A DNA stretch of 64,000 bases from a virus. Its lineage: Duplodnaviria > Caudoviricetes. Made by a program: the position numbers and the translations under genes. The notes beneath the pieces are model-generated. The model was not told the origin of the DNA. It worked only from the letters and a program-made list of their open reading frames with translations, and searched no databases. Positions 35,559 through 44,511 of the stretch are shown here, piece after piece (position 1 is the first letter of the stretch; every line of letters begins with the position of its first letter). The DNA is taken from positions 1 through 64,000 of IMG/VR virus record IMGVR_UViG_3300044709_000184. One strand, 5' to 3'.

Positions 35559-37609
35559 GACACGATCACTTCGGACGGGTCACCGATCAGGGTGAGCAGG
35601 TCGGCCCAGGTGAGATTGGCGGCGAGCACGTCGGCCCAGGTGGCGTAGGCGTTGAGGACCGACTGCCACGTCGAGGTGGCACCCACCACGTCGGGGCCGG
35701 GCGGGGCAACCTCGGTCATGGGCAGGGCAAAGGTCTTTTTGAGCGGCCGCAGGGGGTGACTGGTGACGGTGGTGTCGCCGACCGACACGTACCCGGTTTC
35801 GGTGTCACACGCGGCGGGGGCCTGGATGAGGAGCACGTCTCCGGAGGCCAGGGCCAGGTCGAGGTTCTCAGCAGCGACGGCGGTGGTGGTGCGCAGGAAC
35901 ATCGTCCACCGCCGTGAGGCCCGCACGGTCGACACCGCGATCGGCAGGGTCCGCCCGACCACGTCGAAGATCCCGGCCCGGGCCGGGCGCACCACGGGCC
36001 GGTCGTCCCGGTACACCTGGGTGACCTTCTGGTTGAGGAAGGGCCGGGCGATCGACTTGACCCAAACGCTGTCGAGGGTGGGGGTGATCGACGCGGTCTG
36101 CGAGTTGAGGTAGTCGGCGTGTTCGAACACGGCCATGAGGGCCCGGCTGATCGCGGCCACCGCACCGGTCAACACCCAGGCACCGGAGGCCAGGTTGGTG
36201 GCCGTCGTTTCGATCAGGTAGTCGAGGGTGACGTGGACGTCGTCGCCGGCGGTGACCGCGACGTCCTGCAGCTCGGTGAAGCTCGCGATCGGGGCGACCG
36301 AGGTGCAGTCGTCCTGCCGCCACCCGGCCGCCACCAGCACGCACCCGTTCTGGGTGACCGTGACCGCCGGGTAGGCGATGTCGGTGGTTGAGCCGTTGAG
36401 CTGGGCGGCGGTAGTCAGCGGTGACAGGGCCGCCGACCGGAACGCGATGCTCTTCGCGGTGATGGTGGCGTTAGCGACCCCACCGGTGAACGACACGGTC
36501 GGGGCGGCGTCGCCGGTCACGTACAGCCGCCCGAACAGGGAACAGTTCCCAGACTGGAGCAGCGACGTCCACCCGGTGGGGGTGGCGACAGCGCCGGCGC
36601 CGGAGTTGCGGATGTTGGCCGACAACAGCATCAGGTCACCGGTCACCAACCCGGCGGCCAGGGCAGGGGCGAGGGTCGAGGTGCCGGCGGCGTTGGCGTC
36701 GTTCACCGTGGCCCCGGACCCGATGAACGTGATGGGCGAAGCCTCAACGCCCCGCACCCGGTAGTAGTTGACGACGTCGGGGTCGAACTCGTAGTCGGAC
36801 AGGTGGGCCTCGAACTGGGTCGACACGACCAGGTTGTCCCAGGCCTGGTTGACGGGCAGGGTGTTGGTGTTGCCGGCCACCAGCAGCCCACCCAGGCCGA
36901 TGTGGGTGCCGGAGGAGAAGCTGGCCGCCGTGTCGGAGGCGGTCAGGTGCCAGGTGGTCGGTTCGACCGCATTGGACAGCCACACCCGGATGCGGAACAT
37001 GGCACCGCGCATCTGGACCCGTACCCGCAGCGGCACCGTCGTCGACGCGGTGAGGGCGGCCACGGTGACGGTGGCGCCGCCCGATACGTCGTTCTCTGAC
37101 CCGGCCAGGTTCTTGCGAAGGTTGACCGTCACCGCCGATGCGGTGGTGATGTCGATGCGGGCGACGTAGTAGTTCGAGTTGTCGGTGCGCCGTAGAAAGA
37201 TCAGGTTCCGGATCGATGAGGTGGCCGGTACGACCGGGATGAGCACGTCGGCGAGCAGGTCGACGTCGACGTGGCTGTAGGGCAGCATCGCGGCCCGGGT
37301 CGCGTTGACGGCCTCAATCGCGATGATGCCCTGGGTGCCGTTGACGGACAGCTGCCCGGCCCCGCCGAACATCACGGACCAGATTTGGCCGGTGGTGGCG
37401 GTACCCCACGACCCGGCGGCGACGGTGCGGCCGTAGTCGTCGGTGGCCTGGGCGTAGGAGGTGACCGGGACGGCGTCGCCGCCCCGCACCGTGGTCCACA
37501 GGACCTGATCGGTGGACCGCTCGATGAGAGCCGTGTCCGCGGCGGCCAGGGCGTCGGCGACGATGTTGACCCGGGACAGGGTGTCGTCGTAGATCAAGGT
37601 GACGGTCAC
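35555..37609 (-). CDS. Distal tail protein with two inserted beta-rich modules
   Basis: Position after TMP; DYEF...YRV and W.KS..RPFLN...VVGR..P segments. Confidence 0.7.
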   Translation of the reverse strand: MTVTLIYDDTLSRVNIVADALAAADTALIERSTDQVLWTTVRGGDAVPVTSYAQATDDYGRTVAAGSWGTATTGQIWSVMFGGAGQLSVNGTQGIIAIEAVNATRAAMLPYSHVDVDLLADVLIPVVPATSSIRNLIFLRRTDNSNYYVARIDITTASAVTVNLRKNLAGSENDVSGGATVTVAALTASTTVPLRVRVQMRGAMFRIRVWLSNAVEPTTWHLTASDTAASFSSGTHIGLGGLLVAGNTNTLPVNQAWDNLVVSTQFEAHLSDYEFDPDVVNYYRVRGVEASPITFIGSGATVNDANAAGTSTLAPALAAGLVTGDLMLLSANIRNSGAGAVATPTGWTSLLQSGNCSLFGRLYVTGDAAPTVSFTGGVANATITAKSIAFRSAALSPLTTAAQLNGSTTDIAYPAVTVTQNGCVLVAAGWRQDDCTSVAPIASFTELQDVAVTAGDDVHVTLDYLIETTATNLASGAWVLTGAVAAISRALMAVFEHADYLNSQTASITPTLDSVWVKSIARPFLNQKVTQVYRDDRPVVRPARAGIFDVVGRTLPIAVSTVRASRRWTMFLRTTTAVAAENLDLALASGDVLLIQAPAACDTETGYVSVGDTTVTSHPLRPLKKTFALPMTEVAPPGPDVVGATSTWQSVLNAYATWADVLAANLTWADLLTLIGDPSEVIVS

Positions 37610-37914
37610 ACCGGCTCCCCGTGGGTGAAGTGGGCGGTGGCCCAGCCGGGGTGGTCGGACTGCTCATCGACGACCAGCCCGTAGCCCCACCGCATGCCGA
37701 TGAGGTCAAGCTGGCCGGCCAGCTCAACCCGGATCGTGGCGGTCAGCGCCGACACCTGCGCCGCCGCGGCCAGGCGCAGCACCTGGTCCAGCTGGGCGGT
37801 GGCGTAGCCGGCCACGAACGCCTGGTCGTCGTAGGGGCCGCCGTGGCTTTCGGTAGCCACAAACGGCATCACCAGCTCGTAGCCCTCACCGTCGTCGGGC
37901 TGCTCGTCGCTCAT
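37606..37914 (-). CDS. Hypothetical protein between TMP and Dit
   Basis: Coupled on both sides. Confidence 0.7.
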   Translation of the reverse strand: MSDEQPDDGEGYELVMPFVATESHGGPYDDQAFVAGYATAQLDQVLRLAAAAQVSALTATIRVELAGQLDLIGMRWGYGLVVDEQSDHPGWATAHFTHGEPV

Positions 37915-40598
37915 CGGCGTCCTGTTCCGGCCAGCACCCGGGCCTTGGTCGTGCGGTTCCGTTCGGTGATCTGGGTGTCGACGAGCTGGGTCAGCTCGGT
38001 TTGGCCGATGAAGACCCGCACGTCGAAGGCGGGGGTGCCGGCGCCGACCGGGGTGCCGGCGGTGTTGGCCGACCCGGTCGTGGCGACCGACATGGCCCGG
38101 GCGAGCAGGTCGATGGCCCGCCGGTCTTCCAGCGGCAGGACCAGCTCGCCGGGGTGCAGGTTGGCCACACCGCCGCGGGTGGTCAACCCGCCCGTGTCGA
38201 GCGACGGCAGGCGGGGCAGGGAGATGCCGGGCAGGGCGTCGTCGACCTGGGCGATGCCGGAGTTGATACCGGAGATGACCTTGTTGAGTAGGCCCTTGAT
38301 CGCGGCGACGATGCGGGAGGCCAGGTCACCGACGAACCCGCCCGCCTGACCCAGGCCGCTGAACAGGCCCTTGATCATGGCGAGGCCGGCATCGAACATG
38401 GCCCCGGCCAGGTTCGCGATCCGGCTCGGCACCGACAACGCGAACGTGACGATCGCGGACAGGGCGGCGATGGCGTTGTCCCGGGCCCGGGCCAGGGCGG
38501 TCGACACCCCGGTCGTGATCGCGTTCCAGGCGATGGACAGGGTTTCGGGGATCCGCTGCACGAACGTGGTCACGGTCGACACGAGGAGGCTCAGGCCCGC
38601 GGCGGCCGCGGCGACGACCGCGTCGAAGACGAAGCCGACGGTCTCCGGTATCCGGCCGATGGCCTGCCCGATGAGCTGGGGCAGGGCCAGCAGCTCACCC
38701 AGGATCAGCCCGATGCCGAAGCCGATCGCGTGGAGGGCGGCGTCGGCGGCGGCCTTGAACGCGCCCCCCACGATGCCGGGCAGCGAGGCCAGGAACGCCC
38801 CGACCTTCCCCGGGATGGCGGCCAGGAACGAGCCAATGCCGGCGAAGAACCCACCGACGGCTGAGGCGGCCTTCTTGATCGAGGGCACGACCTTGTCCAG
38901 GTCGGTCTTGAAGATCCGGGGCCAGTTGCGGATGTCCAGCAGCACCGTCGACGCCTTGTCGACGACACGGAACAGGGACGCCATCGCGTCGGCGACGGCA
39001 CGCAACGCCGGGCCGATCGCCTTGTTCGCGGCCAGCGAGGTGAGCAGGGCCAGCAGCTGGATGCCGGGGCGCTGCATGCGCAGCCACAGGGTGAGCAGTT
39101 CCGCGATGACCGGCAGCAGGGGGATCAGCGATTTGACCAGGTCCACCGTGGCCGGGACCATGTCGATGATCAGCTGGACCAGCTCATCCAGGGCACCCGA
39201 CCGGACCAGCTCCGTGACGGCCTGGGCCAGGGCGTCACCGATGGCCTCGGCCAGGGGCTGCAGCCCCACCACGAGCCGCTCGACGATCGGGGCCAGGGCC
39301 TGCATGGACCGTGAGATCGGGGCGAGCAGGGTGGTCGCCAGCCGGACGAACACCCCCAGGATCGGGGACAGGGCTTTGACAGCCTCGGCGATCAGGGGCA
39401 GCACCCCGGCCAGGAAGTCGCCCAGGGCGGGGGCCAGCACCTTGACCGCGTCGCCGATGATCGGCGTCACCGCCGTCAACGTGTCTTTGATCTTGGGGAT
39501 GACCGGGGTGAACGCGTCGGTCAACGCGATGCCGATGGTGTCCTTGAAAGTGGACCAGACCCCGTTGAGGGTTTTGGCCTGGGCGACCATCGCCCCGGCG
39601 GCGCCGGGGAACTTGGCCATCCCGGTCAGCAGGGCGTTGATGCCGGTGCGGGCGTCAACCCCACCGGCGGTGATCTTCGCCAGGGTGTCGGCGACCGACA
39701 GGCCCAGGGCGCTGGCGATGGCGGCGTTGGAGTTGAACCCGGGCAGGGCCTCGCTGAGCTGGAGGATCTCCTCCTGGCTGACCTTGCCCTTGGAGGCCAT
39801 CTGACCCAGGGCCCTGATGACCGACTGGATGTTCTCGCTGGTGCCGCCCAGCACACCGACCAGGTCACCGATGGTGGTCAGGGTCGGGATGACCTTGTCT
39901 CGGGTGATGCCGACCGCGTTGCCGAACGCCAGGATCCGCCGGCTCGCGTCGGCGACGTCGGCGAACTGGAACGGGGTCGCCGCGGCGAACTGCTGCAGCT
40001 GGGCGCTGAACGCCTTGGCCGCAGCGGCCGACCCGAGCAGCGACGTGAGCCCGATCTGGGTCTGTTCCAGGGCCGCGGCGCTCTTCAACCCGAACGCGGT
40101 CAGGGCGCTCAACCCGGCCACGGCGGCGGTGCCGGCGGCCAGGGCGGCGCCCTTGATGACCGACCAGGCCGCAACCCACCGGGTGGAGGTGCTCGCGGCG
40201 GCGGCGCCGGCCTTATTGGCGATCTGCTGGAACTCGCGGGCCGAGGTGCGGTCCAGCTCGGACAGGGCCCGCTCGGACACCTCACCGCCGAGTTGGAAGG
40301 AGGCGCCGATCTTCCCGGCGGCCGCGGCCCCCGACGCGGCCGTGTGGGCGAAGGCCTCCGTGGCTTCCCGGCTGATCTTGCCCATGGCCCGGTCGACGTC
40401 TGAGGCCAGACCGTCCAGGGCCCGCCCGGACTGGTCGGCCCCGGCCCGGGCCCCGGCCGAGATCTTCGTGGCCAGGGCAGCGGTGTCGACGTGCACGCCG
40501 CGCAGGGCCTTGTTCAGCTCCCGCTCGACGTCACCGGCGAAGGTTTTCGCAACCTCACCGGTGACCTGCACGGTCGCCTTGCCCAACGGACGGGTCAC
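37911..40598 (-). CDS. Tape measure protein
   Basis: FAAATPF...ALGQMASKGKV..EEI.QL domain; Ala/Gly-rich helical repeats. Confidence 0.92.
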   Translation of the reverse strand: MTRPLGKATVQVTGEVAKTFAGDVERELNKALRGVHVDTAALATKISAGARAGADQSGRALDGLASDVDRAMGKISREATEAFAHTAASGAAAAGKIGASFQLGGEVSERALSELDRTSAREFQQIANKAGAAAASTSTRWVAAWSVIKGAALAAGTAAVAGLSALTAFGLKSAAALEQTQIGLTSLLGSAAAAKAFSAQLQQFAAATPFQFADVADASRRILAFGNAVGITRDKVIPTLTTIGDLVGVLGGTSENIQSVIRALGQMASKGKVSQEEILQLSEALPGFNSNAAIASALGLSVADTLAKITAGGVDARTGINALLTGMAKFPGAAGAMVAQAKTLNGVWSTFKDTIGIALTDAFTPVIPKIKDTLTAVTPIIGDAVKVLAPALGDFLAGVLPLIAEAVKALSPILGVFVRLATTLLAPISRSMQALAPIVERLVVGLQPLAEAIGDALAQAVTELVRSGALDELVQLIIDMVPATVDLVKSLIPLLPVIAELLTLWLRMQRPGIQLLALLTSLAANKAIGPALRAVADAMASLFRVVDKASTVLLDIRNWPRIFKTDLDKVVPSIKKAASAVGGFFAGIGSFLAAIPGKVGAFLASLPGIVGGAFKAAADAALHAIGFGIGLILGELLALPQLIGQAIGRIPETVGFVFDAVVAAAAAGLSLLVSTVTTFVQRIPETLSIAWNAITTGVSTALARARDNAIAALSAIVTFALSVPSRIANLAGAMFDAGLAMIKGLFSGLGQAGGFVGDLASRIVAAIKGLLNKVISGINSGIAQVDDALPGISLPRLPSLDTGGLTTRGGVANLHPGELVLPLEDRRAIDLLARAMSVATTGSANTAGTPVGAGTPAFDVRVFIGQTELTQLVDTQITERNRTTKARVLAGTGRR

Positions 40599-40657
40599 GC
40601 ACCCGATCGTCAGCCGGCAACCGGACCTAACCGCACGAAAGGGGCGAAGCGGGTACA

Positions 40658-40676
40658 GTCATTTGGTGGCCATGAC
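40658..40676. promoter_or_regulatory. GTCAT-N9-ATGAC site
   Basis: 60 nt upstream of TMP start; overlaps the start of the divergent HTH gene. Confidence 0.65.
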
Positions 40677-41187
40677 GACCCGGGCCAGACCCGTCGTGCC
40701 CCGCCCGTTGGACATCGACCAGGCCCGCATCTCACCCGCCGGGGGCGGCTCCGTCCTGTTCGACGACCCGGCCTCACCGTGGCTGGTGCGGGTGTGGGTC
40801 GGGGTCGACCGCCGCGGCCGCCGCTACATCACCCGGCTACGTGTCGATGCCCGCCCGGCCGCGTCGCCGATCTCAGCGGCCCGCCTGGCCCGCCTGCCCA
40901 CAACCCAGCTGCTCCACGTCGCGGCCGCCCAGCTCGCCGCAGCCGCCCCCGACACCCACCCCAATGAGGCCTGGTACCGGATGCTGGCCACACCCAAACC
41001 GCGGGGCAGCCGGTCATGGCCGCCCGAACACTGGGACCGGGTCCTGATCGTTCACCAGTGGGCGGTCGCCACAGCCCGCCCCGGCGGCGGCGCCCAGGCC
41101 GTCGCGGACCTGTGGGGTGTCTCGATCAACCCGACTGTCTACCGGTGGCTGGCCCAGGCCCGCAGCCTCCAAGGAGCCGACACGTGA
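40672..41187 (+). CDS. Putative transcription regulator with C-terminal HTH (DUF6214-like)
   Basis: AQAVADLWGVSINPTVYRWLAQAR; may start at GTG 40666. Confidence 0.65.
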   Translation: MTTRARPVVPRPLDIDQARISPAGGGSVLFDDPASPWLVRVWVGVDRRGRRYITRLRVDARPAASPISAARLARLPTTQLLHVAAAQLAAAAPDTHPNEAWYRMLATPKPRGSRSWPPEHWDRVLIVHQWAVATARPGGGAQAVADLWGVSINPTVYRWLAQARSLQGADT

Positions 41188-41786
41188 CGTTGCCGCCGAC
41201 CGCCGGCCTGGAAGTGTGCCCACCCGGCGAGGACGTGCTCGCCGCGATCGCGTTACGGGCCGAAGCCGTGGCCGAGGAGGCCGGCTGGGGCGGCGAACGG
41301 GACGCACCCAACCAGTGGTGGTGGCTGCACGACAACGGCCACCTGGCCGGCGCCAGCCCCAGCCTGAGCAGCATCGCCATGGTCAAAAGCAAGCTGGGCC
41401 CGGACCTGGAGCTCTTACACCCGGTCGAGCTGGTCAACGTTTTCGAGGAGCACCTACACGAGGTCGCCCAGACGTTGATGGGGTTCGTGCTGGTCGCTGA
41501 GGCGTGGATGCTGAGCTACCAGCCCGACGACCGGGCCGGCCGGGAACGGGTCTTCGACGTGGCCAACCGGCGGGAGGTGTGGCGCCAACCCGACCGGATG
41601 GAGATACGCGCGGTACGGCTGCAGATGCTCACCGGCCAGGACCGCTGCGTCCTGCGGATCAGGGGACAGGACCCGATGCTGGTCGGCGACGTTCCCCCAT
41701 CGCGTGACGTCATGATCGAGGTCCCGGCCGCTTTGGCCCGGCTGGCCACGGTCCTGCGCCGCCGCAAGTACGGCCGGCGCGGCTGA
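41184..41786 (+). CDS. Hypothetical protein
   Basis: AAGGAG RBS; GTGA-coupled. Confidence 0.7.
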   Translation: MTLPPTAGLEVCPPGEDVLAAIALRAEAVAEEAGWGGERDAPNQWWWLHDNGHLAGASPSLSSIAMVKSKLGPDLELLHPVELVNVFEEHLHEVAQTLMGFVLVAEAWMLSYQPDDRAGRERVFDVANRREVWRQPDRMEIRAVRLQMLTGQDRCVLRIRGQDPMLVGDVPPSRDVMIEVPAALARLATVLRRRKYGRRG

Positions 41787-41967
41787 CCCCCCCGACCACA
41801 AGGTGCCGCCCCCCGGAGGCAATACAGGGGGCGGCACCCGATGGCGAACCGAAACCGAACCGAACTGACAGGACCTGCACGGAGACGTGACGCCCCGGGC
41901 ATTACGGCCCACAGTAAAGGCCCGGCCTGGGCCCGGGTCGGCAACCTTGCCGCACCGGGCGGTGAGG

Positions 41968-42450
41968 TTACGTCTGCCGAAGGTCGGGGCGGCCCGCGGC
42001 GTCCCACGCCTCAGCGAGCTGGCGTGAAATCTGCCCGCTGCGCCCGGGCGGGCGGGGCAGGTCAAGGACCCGGAAGTGTCGCACCCCGTAGACCCGGCAG
42101 GCGTCCCGCTCATCGGCGGTGAAGCTAGTACGCAGCTCATCAGCCGGTGCGGTCGCGGCCTTCTTGGCGGCCTTCTTCTTGGTCGCGGCGGCCTTGCGGG
42201 GCCGCGGCACCCGTTTCGCCGGCACCGCGACCGCGGCCACCGGCGGGTCGTCGACCACGACCGGGGCCACCTCGCCGCGGTCGGCGACGCCGTCGGTCAG
42301 TGCCCTGATCGCCGCGTCGATGGCCTCTTCGACGAGCTTCCGCCCGCCCGGCCCGAGATCCAGATTCCATGTCCGGTCGCCCACCGCGACGGCGACGTCT
42401 TCGACGTCGCCTGCCAGGTGGGTCACATCACACACCCTGTGCCATGCCAC
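41968..42450 (-). CDS. Divergent Lsr2-like nucleoid protein
   Basis: N-terminal V...G..W.LDL oligomerisation-like segment; C-terminal R...GRSGQIS...EAW. Confidence 0.65.
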   Translation of the reverse strand: MAWHRVCDVTHLAGDVEDVAVAVGDRTWNLDLGPGGRKLVEEAIDAAIRALTDGVADRGEVAPVVVDDPPVAAVAVPAKRVPRPRKAAATKKKAAKKAATAPADELRTSFTADERDACRVYGVRHFRVLDLPRPPGRSGQISRQLAEAWDAAGRPDLRQT

Positions 42451-42608
42451 GTGTTCTGCCCTGCCTTTCCGATCCAGTTCAATAGGTGATTACCCCGTGA
42501 CGTTGAGTATCGATGCCACGGGTCGGAATCCCAGACCCTACTCGCCTGCCGATCACCTACCTACGGGCGACGCCGCGGCATTAGGGCCCATCTGTCCGGT
42601 CCGGGCGG

Positions 42609-42863
42609 GTGACACTGGGTTTAGCCGGTGAAGGGAGGCAGGCCGTGGCGCGACTGCGGTTGCGGATCGGATTCCCCGAAACGACGCCACCCGAGCAGGC
42701 CCTCAGCGAGGCCCTCGCCGACTGGCATGAGGTCGTCACCCGGGCCGGGTCCACCCCGGTCGGTGACCCGTCGATGCGGGTGATCACCGACGATGCGGAG
42801 CGGGCCGCCCTGGGTGAGTACGTGGTTGAGGTCGTGGGGGAGCGGGCCGGTGGCGACGTCTAA
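42609..42863 (+). CDS. Hypothetical protein
   Basis: Start uncertain; GGGAGG RBS suggests about 42645. Confidence 0.55.
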   Translation: MTLGLAGEGRQAVARLRLRIGFPETTPPEQALSEALADWHEVVTRAGSTPVGDPSMRVITDDAERAALGEYVVEVVGERAGGDV

Positions 42864-43713
42864 CGACCACCCAGGGCTCCCGTTCGTCCAGGCGCAGGGC
42901 TACACCCGGGGCCGACCCGACGGGCCTCCACTGTGGATCGTGTGGCACTCGATGGAGGCCTCCGAACACTCGGCCCGGGCCGAGTCGACCGCCATGTACT
43001 TCGCCAACCCCAGCGACGGCCGGGCCGTGTCGGCCCACCACTGCGGCGACGACAACTCAGTCGTCCAGTGTGTCGACGAGGACGACTCGGCCTGGACCGT
43101 CGGTAACCGGCCCGGCAACTACCGGGGCGTGAACATCGAGCTGGCCGGGTTCGCCCGCCAGTCCCGCACCGACTGGCTCGACCCGTTCGGCCGGGCCATG
43201 TTCGCCCGCCTGGCCCCGATCGTCGCGGCGTCGATGACCCGCTGGCACATCCCGAACCGGTGGTGCACGGTGGTCGACCTGAAAGCCCACCGGCCCGGGC
43301 ACACCACCCACAACGACCTGCGCGTGGCGTTCGGCGGCACCACCCACACCGACCCGGGCGCAGGCTTCCCGCGCGACCACATCCTGGACGTGATCGCCCG
43401 GGCGCTCGGCCACACCACGGAGGACGACGACATGCCCATGTACCTGATCGAGACGGGACTGGCGAAGACCGAGGCAAACCCCAACGGTGAGCGCGTCATC
43501 TGCTCGACCGGCACCCACTACTGGTGGGTGGCCGACTTCAAACCGCTGGCCGACCGGGGCATCCCGTTCCCGGAGCAGCGGGTACCGACGGCCCAGGTAC
43601 GCAACGCGTTCGGGGTGGAGGTCTTCCCCGGCTCGCCCGACCTGGCGGCCCACGTCCATGAGGTCCCGGCGGCGGTGAGCGGCCCAGCCCAGCCCGTACC
43701 GTCCACCGGCTAA
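42850..43713 (+). CDS. Endolysin, N-acetylmuramoyl-L-alanine amidase
   Basis: IVWHSME, SAH, AWTVG, NIEL, HTDPG Amidase_2 motifs. Confidence 0.9.
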   Translation: MATSNDHPGLPFVQAQGYTRGRPDGPPLWIVWHSMEASEHSARAESTAMYFANPSDGRAVSAHHCGDDNSVVQCVDEDDSAWTVGNRPGNYRGVNIELAGFARQSRTDWLDPFGRAMFARLAPIVAASMTRWHIPNRWCTVVDLKAHRPGHTTHNDLRVAFGGTTHTDPGAGFPRDHILDVIARALGHTTEDDDMPMYLIETGLAKTEANPNGERVICSTGTHYWWVADFKPLADRGIPFPEQRVPTAQVRNAFGVEVFPGSPDLAAHVHEVPAAVSGPAQPVPSTG

Positions 43714-43755
43714 TTTGGGCGCAACTAGCAGCAAACTAGCCGTAGGAGGTCCGCC

Positions 43756-43902
43756 ATGCCCGCAGTCGTCCTCGCGATCGTCGCCGCGGTCAGCTTCGGC
43801 GCCGGCCTGTTCAACATCCACCTGGGCACGATCAGCTGGCTGTACCTGGGGTTGCTGCTGATGGCGGTCGCGGCCGCGTACCGGTGGTGGCTGCGGCCCT
43901 GA
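43756..43902 (+). CDS. 48-aa two-TM holin-like protein
   Basis: AGGAGG RBS after lysin; not in ORF track. Confidence 0.6.
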   Translation: MPAVVLAIVAAVSFGAGLFNIHLGTISWLYLGLLLMAVAAAYRWWLRP

Positions 43903-43967
43903 CCGGCCCGGCCCTGCCTACGCGCCGGTCAAGTGAACGCGCAGACAGGGCCGAGGTAGCGGGGACT

Positions 43968-44483
43968 CTACGGTGCTACGGCCATCACACTCAGGGCCCA
44001 GTCGTCGTATCGGGCGGTCACGCCAGCGCCGACCTGGGCCACCTGCACGGTGATGGTGTGGGTCAGGGTGCTCCCCACGATCCGGGTGCGTTGCATCGAG
44101 TGTGACTCCCACGAGCTGAACGTTTCGGTTCCGCCGTCGGTGGAGTCGAACGCGAAGTCCGTCCCCACCACCGGGGCGGCCTCAGCCCCGTCGACGAGGA
44201 TGCGGACGTTGCACCAGCCGGACCCGCCGTAGCAGGCGACCTCGGCCGAGAACGTGGCCAGCAGCACCGACCCGGCACCGGCGTAGATGGTCAGCGAGCC
44301 GAGGTTGGCGTATGTGCCGCCGGTCCAGACGGTTGCCGCGTCCTCGGTCAGGACCCGTACCCGGGACACTGACGTGCCGCCGCTGGTGGTGGTGGTGGCG
44401 ACGGCGATGCCGGCACCGGCCAGGATCATCGCCACCGCAACGGCGACCACTGTTGCTGTTCGTCGAGCCTTCAAAAAGCGCAT
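43968..44483 (-). CDS. Secreted beta-sandwich protein
   Basis: Sec signal (MRFLKARR-h-AVA); GAGGAG RBS. Confidence 0.75.
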   Translation of the reverse strand: MRFLKARRTATVVAVAVAMILAGAGIAVATTTTSGGTSVSRVRVLTEDAATVWTGGTYANLGSLTIYAGAGSVLLATFSAEVACYGGSGWCNVRILVDGAEAAPVVGTDFAFDSTDGGTETFSSWESHSMQRTRIVGSTLTHTITVQVAQVGAGVTARYDDWALSVMAVAP

Positions 44484-44511
44484 AGCGGGTACTCCTCAAA
44501 AGGAAGCGGGA

